A DNA stretch of 49,633 bases, from assembly GCF_001194135.2 (NCBI RefSeq), contig NC_068999.1, forward strand, positions 23,798,784-23,848,416, written 5' to 3'. Positions within the stretch are counted from its first letter, which is position 1; each line of letters begins with the position of its first letter. This DNA is from Octopus bimaculoides (taxonomy: Eukaryota). Positions 24,355-36,417 of this stretch are shown here, piece by piece. The position numbers were made by a program, and so were the translations under genes. A model generated the notes under the pieces. That model was given only the letters and a program-made list of their open reading frames with translations, made no database searches and was not told the origin of the DNA.

Positions 24355-26055
24355 CTTCTATGTATGGCAGATTGACAGCCAAACATTCAGCTCAACAGAA
24401 CTTAAACTGTACTTGTCTTTTGTTGACATAGAGAAAGCCTTTGACAAGGTCCCCCCAATCCCTTATCTGGTAGTCAATGTGGAAACTAGGGATAGATGAA
24501 TGATTAGTGAGAGCTGTACAAGTCATGTACAGGGATGCTATCAGTAAGGTGAGGGTCGGCAACAAGTATAGTGAAGAATTCTGGGTAGGGGTAGGGGTCC
24601 ACCAAGGATCAGTCCTCAGTCCCCTCATATTCACCATAGTCCTCCATAGGCAATAACAGAGAAATTCAAGACAGGTTGTGCCTGGGAGCTCCTCTATGCT
24701 GATGACCTTGCTCTAATAGTTAAGTCACTATCAGAACTAGAGGAGAAGTTTCAGGTGTGGAAGCAAGGTCTAGAATCAAAGGGCCTTAGAGTCAATCTAG
24801 CAAAAATCAAAGTCTTAGTAAGTAGGAAGGCAGATGTGTGGCAAATGTACAGGGGCAATAAACACTGAAAATGTGCAGAAAACAGCTTCCGTCACATGCC
24901 AGTAGGAAAAACTAAAAGTTGTTGATAGCTTCCGCTACCTAGGGGACCAAGTTAGTAGAAGTGGGTGGATGCTCTGAGAGCGTAGCTGCTAGAATAAGAA
25001 TAACCTGGACAAAGTTCAGAGAGCTCCTAACTCTGCTGGTGACAAAGAGCCTCTCACTCAGTGAAAGGTAGACTGTATGACGCATGTGTCCGAACAGCTA
25101 TGCTACACGGCAGTGAAACATGGGCTGTGACTGCTGAGGACATACATAAGCTTGCAAGAAATGAAACCAGTATGTTCCACTGGATGTGTAATGTCAGTGT
25201 GCATACATGACAGAGTGTAAGCATCCTGAGAGAAAAGTTGGGCATAAGCATTAGATGTGGTGTGCAAGAGAGACAAATGCACTGGTATGGTCATGTATTG
25301 CATATGGATGAGGACAACTGTGTGAAAAAGTGTCACCCTAATAGTCGAGGGAACCTGTGGAAGAGGTAGACCCAGGATGACCTGGGATGAGGTGATGAAG
25401 CATGACCTTTGAATGTTGGGCCTCACTGAGGCAATGACAAGTGACTGGGAGATATGCTGTGCAAGCCAGGTGAGACCATAACTGTGGCCTATGCTAATGT
25501 TGCATAACTGGCTCATTGGGCAATAAACTATGCTTGAGAAAACCTGTTGAGTCAACAACGTTGTGTCCAATGCCAGTACCGCATGACTGGCACCCAAGCT
25601 GGTGGCACGTAAAAAGCACCATTTGAGCGAGAACAATGCCAGTGTCACCTGACTAGCTCCCATGCCGGTGGCACGTAAAATGCACTATATGAACATGGTC
25701 GATGCCAGTGCTGCCTGACTGTGCCTGACTGGCTCCTGTGCCAGTGGTACATAAAAAGCACCATTCGAGCATGGTTGTTGCCAGTGCCACCTGACTGGCT
25801 CCTGTGCTGGTTGCACATAAAAAGCACCATTTGAGCGTGATCGATGCCAGTACTGCCTAACTGGCCCTCATGCCAGTGGCACGTAAAAGCACCCACTGCA
25901 CTCTCAGAGTGGTTGGCATTAGGAAGGACATCCAGCTGTAGAAACCTTGCCAGATCAGACAGGGACCAGGTGCAGCCTTCTGGCTTGCCAGTCCTCGGTC
26001 AAATCATCCAACCTATGCCAGCATGGAAAGCAGACGTTAAACGATGATGATGATA
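24355..26055 (+). mobile_element. RTE LINE, 5'-truncated, internally deleted
   Basis: Homologous to 770-2700 (FVDIEKAFD, GVHQG, LYADD, GRGRPR); lacks the Cys-rich segment; 3' UTR has about 5 x 66-bp repeats and a (GAT)n tail. Confidence 0.92.
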
Positions 26056-26799
26056 TAGGATTGGTGTGAGAAGCCACATCTGACCAATTTGAACATAAAA
26101 CAGGTAGAATACATTGGCCAGATATGGCTGATTTAAATAAAGAGTGAAAGTATGTATCCAATTCTATTGCTTAGTAAAACACTGATAATGAAAGCCTAAT
26201 CATTCCTTCTTAACACTTAGGTTAGTAATATTGACATCTCCACCTTCCCTTCTAACCCAATAAGAATTTGAATTATATGTTATGAAGTTATATTTTTAAC
26301 CAAACTGCATGTATGAAGAGTTGTGTTCCAAATACCTTAGTACACACATATCATCAGCATACAACAGATGTTCTGTGCTAGCATGGCTGCTCTTGCAGCA
26401 TCTCCTGGCCCTTCACCATTTAGCACACACAACAAGAGAAAACAACTTTGTTGTTGTGTATGTCATGTTCTATCTTTTAGGTGAGGTGAGAGTTGTTTTA
26501 AGGCTGGGTGCCTTTCCTATCACCAATCACTTTTCGGTGTGAACTAGGTGTATATTATCACGTCACCAACACCAGAGACATTGTCTGTAAATAGGTTAAA
26601 GAGTCTCCTCTATTTATATCCCACTATGGTTGGCAGAGTCCATGTTCTGCTTGTTCTTTTCCTTTTACTTCACAGCCAGCTTTGACTAGGTGTATTTTAT
26701 TGAGTCACTGGTACTAGAAAGATAGTCTGCTAGGATTTCAGATATTACTGTAGTGTACAACTTGAAGTCAATGTCTAACACCTCAGTTTCACTATGTGT

Positions 26800-26851
<52 letters not shown>

Positions 26852-27049
26852 CCTCTTTAACTGTCCACAGAGACACTGCAGTATAAGCCCACTCTAACTA
26901 AAGACTGAAGTAATCAGATAGACTGGTTTGTATATCTAATACATTCTTGATAGCTAGTTTGATTAGCATTCGGTGCATTAGCAATATTTTGTTTCACTGC
27001 TTTACTGTATGACAGAATATCTCTATAGATTTTATCAATTGTTTACATC

Positions 27050-28121
27050 ATCATCATCATTGTCAACATTTAATGTCTGCTTCCCATACTGGCGTGGGTT
27101 GGATGGTTTGACTGAAGGCTGGCAAGCCAGAAGGCTACACCAAGCTCCAATCTGATCTGGCAAAATTTCTTCAGCTGGATGCCCCTCCTAATGCCAACCA
27201 CTCCGAGAGTGTAGTGGGTGCTTTTTACATGTCACTGGCATGAGGAGCAGTCAGGCTGTACTGGCATCGACCACACTCAAATGGTGCTTTTTATGTGCCA
27301 CCAGCACAGGAGCCAGTCAGGCAGCACTGGCAATGACTACTCTCGAATGGTGCTTTTTATGTGCCACCAGCACGGGGTCCAGTCAGGCAGCACTGGCAAT
27401 GATTACGCTCGAATGGTGCTTTTAACATGCCACTGATACGGATGGTACTGTCAGTGGTACTGTCATCGGCCATGACAATGATTTCCCTTGCCTCAACAGG
27501 TCTTCGCAAGCACAGTTTATTGCCCAATGATTGAAGGGTACTCTTAAACAGGCTGGATATGCTGCACTGGCATAGGCCACAGTTATGGTCTCACTTGGTT
27601 TGCCAGGTCTTCTCAAGCACAGCATATCTCGAAAGGTCTCGATCACTTGTCATTGCCTCGGTGAGGCCCAATGTTCGAAGGTTGTGCTTCACCACCTCAT
27701 CCCAGGTCTTCCTGGGTCTACCTCTTCCACAGGTTCCCTTGACTGCTAAACTTTTTTGCACAGCTTTCCTCATCCATTTGCAACACATAACCATACTAGC
27801 ACAGTCGTCTCTCTTGCACACCACATCTGATGCTTCTTATGTCCAACTTTTCTCTCAGGGCGCTTACACTGTTGTATATGCACACTGACATTACACATCC
27901 ATTGGAGCATACTGGCTTCATTACTTGCATGCTTACGCATGTCTTCAGCAGTCGCAGCACATGTTTCACTGCCATGTAGCATAGTTGTTCGCACACATGC
28001 GTCATACAGTCTACCTTTTAGTCTGAGCGAGAGGTCCTTTGTCACCAGTAGAGGTAGGAGCTCTCTGAACTTTGTCCAGGCTATTCTTGGTCTAGCAGCT
28101 ACACTTTCAGAGCATCCACCC
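27050..28121 (-). mobile_element. RTE LINE 3' fragment
   Basis: KGRLYDACVRTTMLHGSET and GRGRPRKTWDEVV; 4 x 66-bp UTR repeats; (GAT)n tail. Confidence 0.92.
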
Positions 28122-30026
28122 TCAATAGTGTTAGATATATTCTATCAGAGTAGAACAGCAAAATAAATGACAACAAAATTGTGACCTATCCATGGGTAGA
28201 AATAAAATAAGATGTAGATACTTTCCTTTTTCTTGAGCTGAAGAACTCATGAGGCTTGCTACTGGGTTGTCCATGGTGTGTAAGTGACTGAGATCATAAC
28301 ATACCTCCTGAATGGGATATTGGTCCACTGCAGTGTTCAAAGCCAGCAATTTTGAGGAAAGAAGGCAAGTTGATAATATTGACCCCAGTACTTGACCAGT
28401 ACTTTATTTTATCAAATGCTGAAGGGATAAAAACGAGTTGACCTTAGTGGGTTTTCATCTCAGAACATAAAGTGCTGGAAGAAATGTTGTTAAGCATTTT
28501 CTCTTATGTGCTAATGGTTCTGCCAGTTAGCCATCTTAAGATGTAGAATTATCCATGGATATCTATATGCATACACATATTTTTTTATAAGCTAATCAGA
28601 AAACAACGTGTGGAACATTATTCTTTTATTTATTTCAGTCATTTAACTGTGGCCATGCTGGAGCACCACTTTGAAGAATTTTAGTCAAACAAATTGACCC
28701 CAGAACTTAATTTTTAGCCTAATACTTATTCTTTCAGTCTTTTTATGCTGAACTGCTAAGTTAGGGAAACATAAACACACTAACACTGGTTGTCAAGCAG
28801 TGGTGGTGAGGGGGACAAATACAGACTCACACACACACACTCACATATATATATACCTGATGGGTTTCTTTCAGTTTCCATCTACCAATTCCTCTCACAA
28901 GGCTTTGGTCAGCCCAAGGTTATACTCGAAGACACTTGCCCAAGGTGCCATGCAGTGGGACTGAAACCAGAACCATATAACTGGGAAGCAAATTCCTAAC
29001 CACACAGCCATACCTATGCCTGTGCCTGTGAAGAGAGGAGAACATTATAGTTCTCTCTTCACAACCAACAAACTTATTCTGCTTCGATGCTACTATCAAA
29101 TAATGATAACAACATCAACTTTAGAAGTCTGAACAGCTAGTTCTTGGACAATCCTTGATCCTATCTGATCTACTTTTCCTCCATAAAATTTTACAAATTA
29201 CTCTAGAATTCTTTGGGTCTCTTGCATTATGAGCCATGTTGTAGAACATTGGTTTCAAAATTTGGCATGAAACCAGCAGGCATGGGGAGGGGGTAAGTCA
29301 ATGAAATCAACTCCAGTCTTCAACTGGTACTTATTTTATCAAGCCTGAAAAATGAAAGGCAAAGTTGACCCCAGTGTAATTTGAACTCAGAACATAATGA
29401 CGGACAAAATGCTTACCAGCAGATCATCACCTTCATACTATAGAATATTGGAAAACAGTGAGAATTGTAAAGAATGCAGACTACGTACCAAACTTTAGCT
29501 ATTTTCATGTGCTGTGGTAAGTTTTTGCTCTGGTCTCAAACAACCTGTTGTCATTATGCTAACAAATATCTACTTTTTGTCTTCATTATTTTTTATAATA
29601 ACAAAAAGGCAAGTTAACAGAATAATTAGTGTGGTAGACAAAATGCTTTGCAGCATTTCCTCCAGTTCTTTACTTCTTGTTGAAGTTGACTTCACCTTTC
29701 ATCCTTTTGGAGTTGATAAAATAAGTGCCAATCAAGAACTGGGATCCCTAAATTTTTGGGTCTTGTGTCAAAATTTAAAATCATCATTTTTTTAATAAAA
29801 AAATTTATCACTAATCATATATAATGTATTAATTTATTAATCATGTATAATAATCCTTACACAATTACATTAGTTTTAGAAATAAGTAAAAAAGACTTTT
29901 TTCTTGTCTTTTCTCATGCATGGTACCTTGGACAAGTGTCTTCCACTTAACCGTAGGGCTGACTAAAGCCTTGTGAGTGGAACTGGTGGATGGAAACAAA
30001 GCTCATTGCATATATATTTATATATA

Positions 30027-30348
30027 TATATCAATCAAAGTGTACAGTATTATATATCCAATACAGCCAATCTTACTAATCAGTTTTGCACAAGGGGTTC
30101 AACGGAGTTAGGTAACAATCCAATTATGTAACCCTGAGCTCTTCAGAGATAGTTGTTGTGGAATGAAATATGGTGATTGTTCTGAGAGCTGACGCCATAT
30201 TTCATTCAATAATCGCTGTCTCTGATGAGTGCAGGATTACATAATTGGACTATTACTTAACACTCTGTTGGACCCCCCCAGTGCAAAAACGATTGGTAAG
30301 ATTGGCTGTAATGGATATATAATATATACATACACTTCGATTGATATA
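30027..30348. mobile_element. Fold-back (head-to-head) element with two decayed hammerhead motifs
   Basis: Arms 30027-30175 and 30193-30348 are reverse complements (roughly 80% identity by eye) with a 17-nt spacer; each carries CTGA(A/T)GAG...(G>A)AAA...GTA. Confidence 0.8.
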
Positions 30349-30480
30349 CCCACTTTACTGACAGATATACAAGTGCATTTTTTCCTGAACTATGGATTCT
30401 TAGACAGCTTATACACACACATATATAAATATATTGTCAGTAAATCATAAATCCAAAAGAGAAGCACACTCTAAGTTATA

Positions 30481-31850
30481 GAGTAATCAGATATAGTTAT
30501 GGCCAGCCTATGGAGTTACCCAGGCTTTCACATCCATAAAGCACTTAGCTCTACAATGTCTCTTCAGACCCTAATGGCCAGTGGCCTATAACCTCTCTTC
30601 AAAGTGGAAAGAGAAAAAACCTCGTAGCTAGTTGTTGAACACACGGACAAAGGAGAAGGGTTAAGTGCAAGGGATTGTCTCCCTTAGACCACTATCCATA
30701 AATGACCCGGTTAGTTTGTGAGTCCCAGGACTTCAGTAGGAACCTCCTGAAGTGTATGATGTTCTTTGGGTTGAAGGAGTTCTTTAATATTCTTGCCTGT
30801 TCAGCTATGCTCAACTTGCAACGCTTGCTCCCGTTGATGTAGGGGTCTGGTTTTTCTAGGATCTTCCATGAGTTTATGTAAAGAGTCTCTTAATCCTTCA
30901 CGCATCACACATGGCTGGCCAAGGATGTGGCATATCATCTCTCCAGGATCCTAAACGAGGATCTGTGGTTGGAGAGGCGCTGCTTGAAGGTGTTTCCAGA
31001 ACATTTGATCTATCATCTATTGCTGCTGGCGATGCTGTTTCTGTTAATATTGACCCTGCTACTTCCACTGTTGCTGGTGTTATTGGTATTGGTGTTGGTG
31101 TCGTTACTGCTGGTGTAGGGGACATCATCAGTGGTGGTGTTGGTGTTTGTGCTGCTATAGCCATCATTGTTGCTGTTGGAGCTGTTATCGGCACTATATT
31201 GCTGGTGGCTGTCGTTGTTATTGATTATTGTTATCATTATTTGCTTTCTCATTAGCAATGGTGCTGTTACTGTTTCTGTTAGAGTTGCTACCATTGCTAT
31301 TAATACTGCCATTCCTGCCACTGCAGTAGTAATTGGGAAAGCTGCTGTTGCTATTAGGGTCAGATACCACCTCAGACTTGTAAACGATCCCCTTGGTTTT
31401 TGCATTGGATTCCCACTAGGCATCTGCTGTAATCCCTGCATGAGAATCACACCTCTGCTGGTGGTCTTAGGATGTTAACAACAAAAAAAAAATACTCTTA
31501 ATATTGGGGGTACAATTAAAAGAGACTCTTAGGTTATATCTGTTGAATATGCGTCTGTACCAATGTGATTGTGTAAAATACTTATCTACTAGCCTAACGA
31601 ATATCTTAACTACATGATTTTATGTTGAGGGAGAAAGGGAGAGCAAACTAAATGATATTTTGGCAATGCTTCATTCTGCGGGTGTTAGGGCCCAGTATCT
31701 AGATGTGGCCTCTAACCCACTAGCAGCTAGGGTTTTGTTATATTAGTGGAGGTGCTGCATTGAAAATTTCTTGGCTAGAGATCTTCTTGCTGACACCCTT
31801 CACCAGGTTTTTTTTAACACGATGAGTGGGTAAGAGGAGGTCGCATAGAT
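30481..31850 (-). mobile_element. Penelope-like element (Naiad-like), 5'-truncated: RT thumb, linker, GIY-YIG endonuclease, 3' pLTR
   Basis: KNLVKGVSKKISSQEIFNAAPP; QNII*FALPFSLNIKS; VKIFVRLVDKYF...RIFNRYNLRVSFNCTPNIKSI; SCRDYSRCLVGIQCK/TKGIVYKSEV; GNTFKQRLSNHRSSF; PYINGSKRCKL; several stops and frameshifts. Confidence 0.88.
30513..30571 (-). ncRNA. Type I hammerhead ribozyme motif (short stem III, PLE-associated)
   Basis: GGGT-CTGAAGA-G-ACAT[loop]ATGT-GAAA-GCCTGGG-TA|ACTC: stem I GGGT/ACTC, intact core, near-palindromic stem III with one mismatch. The plus-strand copy at 31980-32038 has a mutated core (TAGAAGAG). Confidence 0.6.
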
Positions 31851-31859
31851 CAGCACTGT

Positions 31860-32073
31860 CATAGGCCTCCATCGCTACATCCCTCGCACTTAACCCTTCT
31901 TTGTCCGTGTGTGCAACAACTAGCCACAAGGTCTTTTCTCTCTCAACTTTGAAGAGAGGTTATTTACTACCAGCCATTAGGGTTAGAAGAGACACTGTAA
32001 AGCTAAACGCTTTATGTACGTGAAACCCTGGGTAACCCCCAAGACAGACCATAACTATCTTTACCTAATTACT
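31860..32073 (+). mobile_element. Inverted pseudo-LTR of the adjacent PLE
   Basis: Reverse-complement homology to about 30481-30690 (ATCCCTYGCACTTAACCCTTC...TTTGAAGAGAGG...CCATAACTAT). Confidence 0.85.
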
Positions 32074-32401
32074 ACATGTGTGTGTATAAATGTACATGTG
32101 TCTTTGTGTTTGTCGCCCATGCCCTCACTTGACAATTGATGTTGGTTTCTTTACGTCCCAGTAGCGATTCGACAAAAAGTAACCGATAGAATAAGCTTAA
32201 AAAAAAATTAAGATAAGTACTGAGTGGGGGGGGCAACTAAACCCTTCAAGGCCGCTGCTTAATGACTGAAACAAGTAAAAGATAAAAGCATTTAAAATTG
32301 AATAGCTATACACTTGCTTTCGAATTATTTTAGTTCTAGGAGTGGCAATTAAAAGAGAAAACCCAAGATTCTGTTGTTAATCGCCAATCTTATTGTCTAA
32401 G

Positions 32402-32451
32402 GTCACATGACTTGTGACGTCAGCCGAGAATTCCACTTTTCAAGATGGCTG
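32402..32451 (+). promoter_or_regulatory. TAF9 proximal motif cluster (E-box, CRE, YY1-like)
   Basis: GTCACATGAC at 32402-32411, palindromic TGACGTCA at 32415-32422, and CAAGATGGCTG overlapping the ATG. Confidence 0.5.
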
Positions 32452-32562
32452 TTCCGAAGAGTACTCCTCGCGATGCTCAAGTAATGGCTGCTATTTTAAA
32501 AGATATGGGTGTTCAAGACTACGAACCTCGATGTATAAACCAAATGCTAGAATTTGCCTACC
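32445..32562 (+). CDS. TAF9: TFIID subunit 9, coding exon 1
   Basis: [39 protein letters not shown](R), the TAF9 histone-fold N-terminus; donor GTATGT, phase 1. Confidence 0.96.
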
Positions 32563-35500
32563 GTATGTAATGTTCGATTTATACTAAAACTTCCTTTTTA
32601 TCCGTTATACGCCTTTCGTTTTTCCCCTATTCCAATATACTGTGTTTGTTTTGGCGCCTGTAGACTAACTGTAGCATATATTTTATTGTGTTGTTACTGC
32701 ATAAATAATTATATTCTATTTCGAATTGTATTTGAAAATTGCCTATTACATATATACTGCCCATAAATTCATTAAGCTAGAGTATATCTGTTAGTAGACG
32801 TAATCTTTTGCACGGTTTGCGTGTTGTTTACAGTCGAAAAGCATATTTTTTATTCCTGCTAGAAAGACAACTCTCATTATAGCATATATTTTGTCTTATT
32901 CTGTTAATACAGAACTGGACCTCTTATCTAGCTTTCAGATATCTAGGAATACTGTAAAAATACCGTGAAATATATTGTGCTCTGTATTGAGTAACAGACG
33001 TTTTGAAGTTTGTTAATTTGTATGCAATGTATTAAAATAGTTCTTTTTTAATTGAGTGATAAAGATTAAACTTACTCTGCTTAAGAAGTGTATTAATTTG
33101 TGCCTGTATTTGTTAAATAAAATCATGTTCTTCCTTTAATTTTCACCTTATAAACATACTTTATACATTCTACAGTATGATATATTTAAAGAATTTTGAG
33201 TGGGTTAATAAATATCAAACGTACCCTGATTTAGAAGTGTATTTATTTGAATATATTAAATACAATTTAGATCTTTACTTTTTATAATTTATTTTATATT
33301 TTAAGTATATATTTAGACCATCTCCATGAAAATCGGGGGAAAAAATTTAGAAATGCGGGTCACTTCCTGTCCCATGTTTGCCGGATAATAGGTCCGGTCC
33401 TGTTTTTGCACGAAATAATGAAAGTGTTACTCGTATACTCTTTCACTTTCTGTATTGAATTTATCCAGGTTCAGTACCCGAACAAAATATTTACTATTAA
33501 TGGTAGTTGTCTTCACTTCCATTTTGAAAGTTAATGGCTCGGATACATTTGTATTTTTTTTAAAAATACTCTCACAATATTTACTATTCTGTATGTTCGA
33601 AGGCTTCTCGAGATTAAAATATAGCTATCTTGACTAAAAAAAAAAAAATTGTGCCGTTTTCTTTTGTAACGTATTTAAAAAATATTTAAGATATTCAATA
33701 TGTTTAATCATTTGTTGATGTAAATCCAACAACCTAAAAAATCCGATGATGGTGTGCTTCATAATACATTTTGGAAATTATAAAAATTTACCTAATTATA
33801 AATTAACTATTGTCAGTGCTGAGCTCCTGAATTCCGATAATATATTTTACTCTTTCGTGTACATGTCGATTGGAATAAAAATTAAGCAATATATTATCTA
33901 TATTATTATCAAGGAGGAGAGGCATTCACTCCCTCCCCGGTGTACGAAGAAAGTAATTCTACAAATTATCTACATACATATATATTCGTGCTTGTTAAAC
34001 GATTTAATAAAAACGTTTTTTTTTTTTTAGGGGTTTTCTCGTAGGCTAGAATTTGCAGATGTATCCATCGCACGCATCAGCAAATATTTTGTTCGCTGAT
34101 TTCTACCACGGCACGGCTCTATCTCTAAAAGAGCCGGGTGATGCCTGTTACTGAAGAGGCGACAATTACGCTGGAACACAGTTGTCAAGTAGTTCACTTA
34201 TGTCCCTTAGAGCAAGTGTGTTATCATAAAACGTGTGTAAAAAGTCCTCCAATTCGATAGCTTACAAGGAGGAACTTGGGTTGGTAATAATTAAAAGAAA
34301 GAGGTTACGTTCCTAGACATAAATGATCCAACAATTAATGTTTTGCATATCCATCCGTTCTCCATGCTGGCGTGGGTTGGACAGTTTGACAGGAGTTGGC
34401 CAGGTCTGCCATGGCTCTAATTGTCTGTTTTGGCACGGTTTTTATAGTTGGATGCCCTTCCTAATGCCAACCACTTTATAGTGTGTACTGGGTGCCTTTA
34501 CGTGACACCAGCCCCCATGAGCCCACAAGACTTGGATCTCTTGGCTGAGATAGTGATGTAGAGGACATGCCTGTATGCATGGACTGCCACAATTTTACTG
34601 CATGTATACATATACACCTATATATGCAGTGAACCCTCATTAAAGTGCAGTCTATTATGCTGGTTAATGGATAAGCCAAATGAAATTTGAGGTAAGAGAA
34701 TGACTTACTTCCAGTTACCATGTTGTTGGTTGTATTTCCAGGATGTGCTTGAGGAATAATCTTTTTACTTGTTTCAGTCATTTGACTGTGGCCATGCTGA
34801 AGCACCGCCTTTAGTCGAGCAAATCGACTCCAGGACTTATTCTTTGTACACCTAGTACTTATTCTATCGGTCTCTTTTGCTGAACTGCTAAGTTACGGGG
34901 GCGTAAATACACCAGCATCGGTTGTCAAGCTATGTTGGGAGGACAAACATATACACATGCATACATATATACGACGAGCTTCTTTCGGTTTCCATCTACC
35001 AAATCCACTCACAAGGTTTTGGTTGGCCCGAGGCTATAGTAGAAGATACTTGCCTAAGGTGCTACACAGTGGGACTGAACCTGTAACCATGTGGTTCATA
35101 TGCAAGCTACTTACCACACAGCCACTCCTACTGCAGAATTATCAAACAAATTCATCTTAAATTTCAAGCTGATTCAATATTGATTTCAAATTTCGGCCCA
35201 AGGCCATCAATTTTAGGGGAGGTAGTAAGTCATGGGAGCTGGTGTCACGTAAAGGCACCCAGTACATGCTGTAAAGTGGTTGGCATTAGGAATGACATCC
35301 AACTTTAGAAACCGTGCTAAAACGGACAATTAGAGCCATGGCAGCCTTCGACCTGGCCAACACCTGTCAAATCGTCCAACCCATGCCAGCATGGAGAACA
35401 GATTTTAAAAGATGATAATGATAATAATATCGGCCCCAGAGCTCAACTAGTACTTCTTTAATCAACCTTCTAAAGATGAAAGGCAAAGTTGACCTTGGCA

Positions 35501-36060
35501 GAATTTGAACTCGGAACATAAAGACGGACAAAATGCCACTGAGCATTTTACCCAGATTGCTAATGGCTCTGCCAGCTCGCCACCTTAAGCTCATTTGATA
35601 TTATAATTTTAGAACTTAATGAAAAACTAATTTTTCTGACTCCTGTTCTGAAATATAGTGGCATTTGTTTAATGCTCTAAACTAGCTAGCTATATAGTTG
35701 TTCCACTCAAGCCTTCTGGCACAGCCATTTCTTCTCACATTAGCCGTATGGGATCTCACCCTCTGATATCCACTAAATATATTCTTCAGTTCTTCCTCTC
35801 CACACCTGCAGCTCTTTGGAATTCCCTGAATAGGGACAACTCAATGCAAGAGAGTGAGGAGGGAGATGGTTAATGTAACACAAAGTTATAAAACAAATAA
35901 ATTATTTATTAATCAATTTTCCTGATGTTGAATTGTCCTGGTGTTGAGTTGTCCTGCACCTGAAAATCCCATCCTGTCCTTTTTTTTTTTTTTTACCTTA
36001 ATATATTAGTCTGCAGATATTAAAGAATTTTTTAAGAATGTGTCATTGTTTTCATTTTAG

Positions 36061-36197
36061 GATATGTTACTGATGTCCTTGATGATTCGAAAGTCTATTC
36101 TTCCCATGCAAGTAAAAAAAATATTGATGGTGATGATGTTCGTCTGGCTATCCAGTGCCGGATGGATCACACGTTTACAACTCCTCCACCTCGAGAT
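36061..36197 (+). CDS. TAF9: TAF9 coding exon 2
   Basis: (R)[45 protein letters not shown]; TTCATTTTAG acceptor, GTAAGT donor. Confidence 0.96.
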
Positions 36198-36377
36198 GTA
36201 AGTTACTTGAAACTGTTCTTTACAATATCACTTGCAGCTTTATATTCATAAGGAAGATGATTTTATTTTTATTGTTGTTTCATCTATAGGATTCCAACTA
36301 GCTAATCACTGTTTATTGTATTTTTGATGGCAAGAGTGACAAGGGAGTATCTGTAACTCAGTGCAGAACAAATATTC

Positions 36378-36417
<40 letters not shown>

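Noticed and set aside
25560-25895. CRISPR-like appearance of the regularly spaced repeats
   Set aside because: The whole 66-bp unit repeats with no unique spacers, it lies in an RTE 3' UTR, there are no cas genes, and the context is eukaryotic.
29028-29062. Small hairpin GTGAAGAGAG-GAGAAC...GTTCTCTCTTCAC
   Set aside because: It is short and isolated, with no ribozyme core or repeat context.
31440-31460. In-frame TGA near the PLE Cys motif as a possible selenocysteine codon (reported for some Naiad elements)
   Set aside because: The TGA does not align with the expected Cys of C-x-C, the copy has many other stops, and no SECIS was recognised.
30898-31478. Hydrophobic or Thr-rich ORFs on both strands suggesting a membrane or mucin-like gene
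   Set aside because: They are alternative frames of the low-complexity insert inside the PLE endonuclease.
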